DNA of 64,000 nucleotides, from the NCBI RefSeq assembly GCF_000143415.4, contig NW_003314327.1:795403-859402 (forward strand), read 5' to 3'. The stretch is from Selaginella moellendorffii (Eukaryota > Plantae > Lycopodiophyta). A model generated the notes under the pieces. It searched no databases, was not told the DNA's origin, and saw only the letters and a list, made by a program, of their open reading frames with translations. Of the stretch, positions 60,901 through 64,000 are shown one piece after another; positions within the stretch are counted from its first letter, which is position 1, and each line of letters starts with the position of its first letter. The translations under genes and the position numbers were made by a program.

Positions 60901-61400
60901 AAATATCTTTCTTGAGTTATAGAGCAAAGACACAACGTAGACTCTGGTTGTGCCATGGATTAAATACATCGAGAATTCTTATGTCTTCCATGAACTCAAA
61001 AAGGTGCTTATAAAACCACACCACACACTCAAAGAACTCTCTTCACAAATGCTTTATACACTACAAAACAAATTCAATTTAGTCCTTATTAGAACAAACT
61101 CTAACATTGTGAGTACTTAGTTATATGTTAATGTCCCATATATGAAGCTCCTAACTGCAAGACCCCAACAATGGATGTTCTTCTCGACCTCATTGTATTC
61201 TAGAGTATTGTCACTCCAGATGCGTTTAGGCCTTCCAAATTGATGAATAGCCTATGCATATGTATTGAATATTGCATAGGATTCTTTGGAGGTAGCCATC
61301 TTACAAGCTACAATATAATTAATTGCTTTGCAAATAATGGCATGTACATAGAAACCATAACTTACAAGTTCGCAATATACTACAATAAACATGTTACCAC
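58000..61400. mobile_element. Decayed transposon-like sequence; possible hAT transposase relic on the minus strand near 58900-59150
   Basis: No intact ORF, CpG-depleted; minus-strand PLAVHYSFCHQVD resembles the hAT H-C-x-x-H region (weak). Confidence 0.3.
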
Positions 61401-61439
61401 ATATGCTCACAAAAAAGCAGAAATAAAAGAATATTCACA

Positions 61440-64000
61440 ATCTATATAGCAAATGCATAAGCCTCCTCGTTCTTGTAAATCTGTTGTCAAATCCTTGTCA
61501 TGTGCCTCTGTTCCAGCCTAGTTGGATTGTGAGTGGCTAAGGCCTCACAAATTTGGCATTGGCTAAACTGGTATCCTCTAGTTCAATAGCTAGATTGGGA
61601 ATTGATAATCCCTTAGTTTATGTCATCTCGATTCATGGCATAGTTAGTCTAGATGTGATGAAGTACCTCTTTGGATGGTACCTTATAGTACAAGGTAAGT
61701 AGTAGTCTTAGTTTCAAGGATCTTTAGGTGCATCCAAATGCCAAATGCGGCCGGACTATTAAATTGTAAATGATTAAATCTTTCATTCTACTTTAGTCAC
61801 TTAACCACACCTCTAACCACTTGAAAGAGTATCTCTCACAACCTCCATAAGTCCTATTCTAGACTTGGGGATTTGTTAACCCCAAGAATAACATCTATAC
61901 CATTCAACTTTTGCACTTGGTCCAAGTGCTCCACGTGTCTGATCCCATGACCAACACTAAAAAGTACTACCGATATATCAACCTGTTACACTAAAGCCAT
62001 GCCCATTCACCTTTATGACATTGGTGATCCAACATCATTTGCATCCTAGTCCCGTCTTTCAAAGGCTAAGCCATCCATCCATGAGTGATCATCCTAGGTC
62101 CACTCTTTAGCATCCTTATGATGCCTATAGATATGGGGATTAACCTTTCCCAATATCCTTTTTTCAATCCCTACCAAATCTCTTTTCGTCCACGGCCATA
62201 TTCGCTAACACTACCACTAAATCAGGGCTCAAAGGCCTAACCAATACATCCCATTGACCTCTAGAACTTCCTCACCATATAACTGTATCTTTGGTCATTA
62301 TATTAGAGGATTACTTCTTTTTCTTTCCATAGTTTGGGACTTTGAGATGACATTCAAAATATCATGGCCCTACACAAGTGTCGTGGGTGCTCTCCCCACC
62401 TTCCGCCCTTAAGTGCCCTAGCCATGTGGCTAGAGTGAGGTTTTAATAAGCCATGTATCCAAGTAAGTAGTGCCACTCACACTTGGATTAGGAATATTAA
62501 CCATTTGATCTTTAGGGGAGCTAAAGCTAGCTTTTGAACACTTCACCAAACTACCTAGTTTATCTATCCATATTCACTTTAGCATTGGACTCTTCAATGG
62601 ATATATCATCACTTAATACACAGGTATAACCTTCTTTGGTCACATTGGCCTTTCCTAGCCAAATTAGCTCTAATGTGGCACTCTTTTAGCTCCACTTTGG
62701 GGCTTAAAGATCTATGTCTCACATAAATCCCTTTGATTGCAAAAAATTATAGAAAGCCTAGAAATGTGCAAATCATGAATCTAAGAGGTTAAAAACTAAG
62801 TAAACCTTTGTGTAGCACACATGAATTTAGAGCCGAATTCTAAACCCATTGCACTATGAAACAAAGGTCCTGTACAATCCCACAACCACCAACTCTTTGT
62901 ATTCAGCACTTACAAGCAAAACAGTGTCAGAAGGTGTCTAGCACAATTTTGGCATACCGGTGGCCTAACGCGAAGAGTAGGGTACTTTATCAACTAGTTT
63001 GTTGCTTTTGACAGCTTGTGCTCGCAGTGGAGAAGTGGGCCATTGACTGAAGCTATGTGGCCTTCTTTAGAACCTTGAAAGTATACTATGGAGCTTGGGC
63101 TTAGATCCAAGCCGGACACAAAACAAGGAGTAACATAACCTAACAGAAGCTAAATTAATCTCTCATATGGTCAAATATTATACATTTGGAACCCCCCATA
63201 GCCCCTGCCCCCCCCCCTTTGAGGAACACATGCTTTGAGCTTTCACCCAAAGCATCCCTTAGTACCAGGAGTTAGTCTTTGGGATAAGTATGAAATTTAC
63301 TAAATATGGAATGGTGCTAGAATTTGAAAGCAAGAATAACACCATAGGTTTAAAACACTCTCTACATTCTGTAAATATGCCTCTTAAACGGATCTAGACA
63401 CTTACCATAAATAGCATATGGATCCGGGAAAGAACTAACATATAGAGCATGATAGTGAGGGTGTTTGGCAGATACAATAAGCTATCATGTAGCAATATTG
63501 AAGGACTAGACTCAATATGTGAGGGTTTTTGCCAAGCTAGTGCAACAAAGAGTAAAAGAGAATTAATAAGTTGGGCCAAGTATGCTTGACTAAATAAACA
63601 CTTGGGAATTCTTTCCTTATGTTCATTCGGCCAAGTGTAGATGCTAAATCTAGTTTACTAACACTTGAACAAGAGGGGCCAATAAAGGGAACTAGCAATA
63701 CTAATCTTTTACCGTTATGACAATAAGGAAAGAATATTCATAAAGATTAGCCGACAAATATCTTTTGATACCCAAAGTTATATTTGCAACACTTTGGGAG
63801 AGCACATTATCACTATCCATACTTGAACCATAGTATGAATCACTAAAATTGGATGGAAGGCTCCTTTTCCTTTATGTCTTCTATGGAATAAAAAGTTTCA
63901 ATAACACAAATTTGAAGTAAATTGGGGAGGGAACTATATTCATGAGCAATTTAGTAGAAAATCAAAGCCACTTCCAACAGTACCCACAAAAACATTTGAA
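61440..64000. mobile_element. Nested decayed retroelement fragments (Ty3/gypsy-like RT/RNase H on minus strand, integrase scrap on plus strand)
   Basis: Minus-strand HVEHLDQV (post-YxDD RT region) near 61920-61945; plus-strand VEKWAID at ~63027-63047 (gypsy integrase FExWxID); purine tract on the minus strand at ~63200-63222. Confidence 0.45.

Overview
Eukaryotic land-plant nuclear DNA with very short GT-AG introns (mostly about 45-60 nt) and extremely tight gene packing. These traits, plus a WASH-complex subunit, suggest a lycophyte such as Selaginella (inference). About 19 apparently intact genes are recognisable: RTN4IP1-like (truncated by the window edge), RAPTOR, an ABCG half-transporter, SPD1/ycf45-like, a secreted GNA-type lectin fusion, TWD40-2, MSL1-like, a secreted PEBP, F-box/kelch, NEF1, a rhomboid, a secreted PLAT protein, a CTL-type GH19 chitinase, CYP40, LPEAT, RAD51C, RPN13, UBC32 and L2HGDH. 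Three accessory zones interrupt them: (1) an AT-rich, CpG-poor island (~15.1-23.8 kb) with TE relics and an intact lectin gene beside a decayed tandem paralog; (2) a 6.9-kb mosaic of gene fragments (38.3-45.2 kb) bounded by a perfect 32-bp direct repeat; (3) a decayed-TE tail (~58-64 kb). The most notable observations are three head-to-head gene pairs with only 35-47 bp between start codons, a 71-bp UBC32-RPN13 tandem gap, convergent stops 8 bp apart, the direct-repeat-flanked mosaic, and several unusual secreted proteins. Gene spans include introns. Exon boundaries and homologies were assigned by eye from recalled family motifs; no database searches were run.
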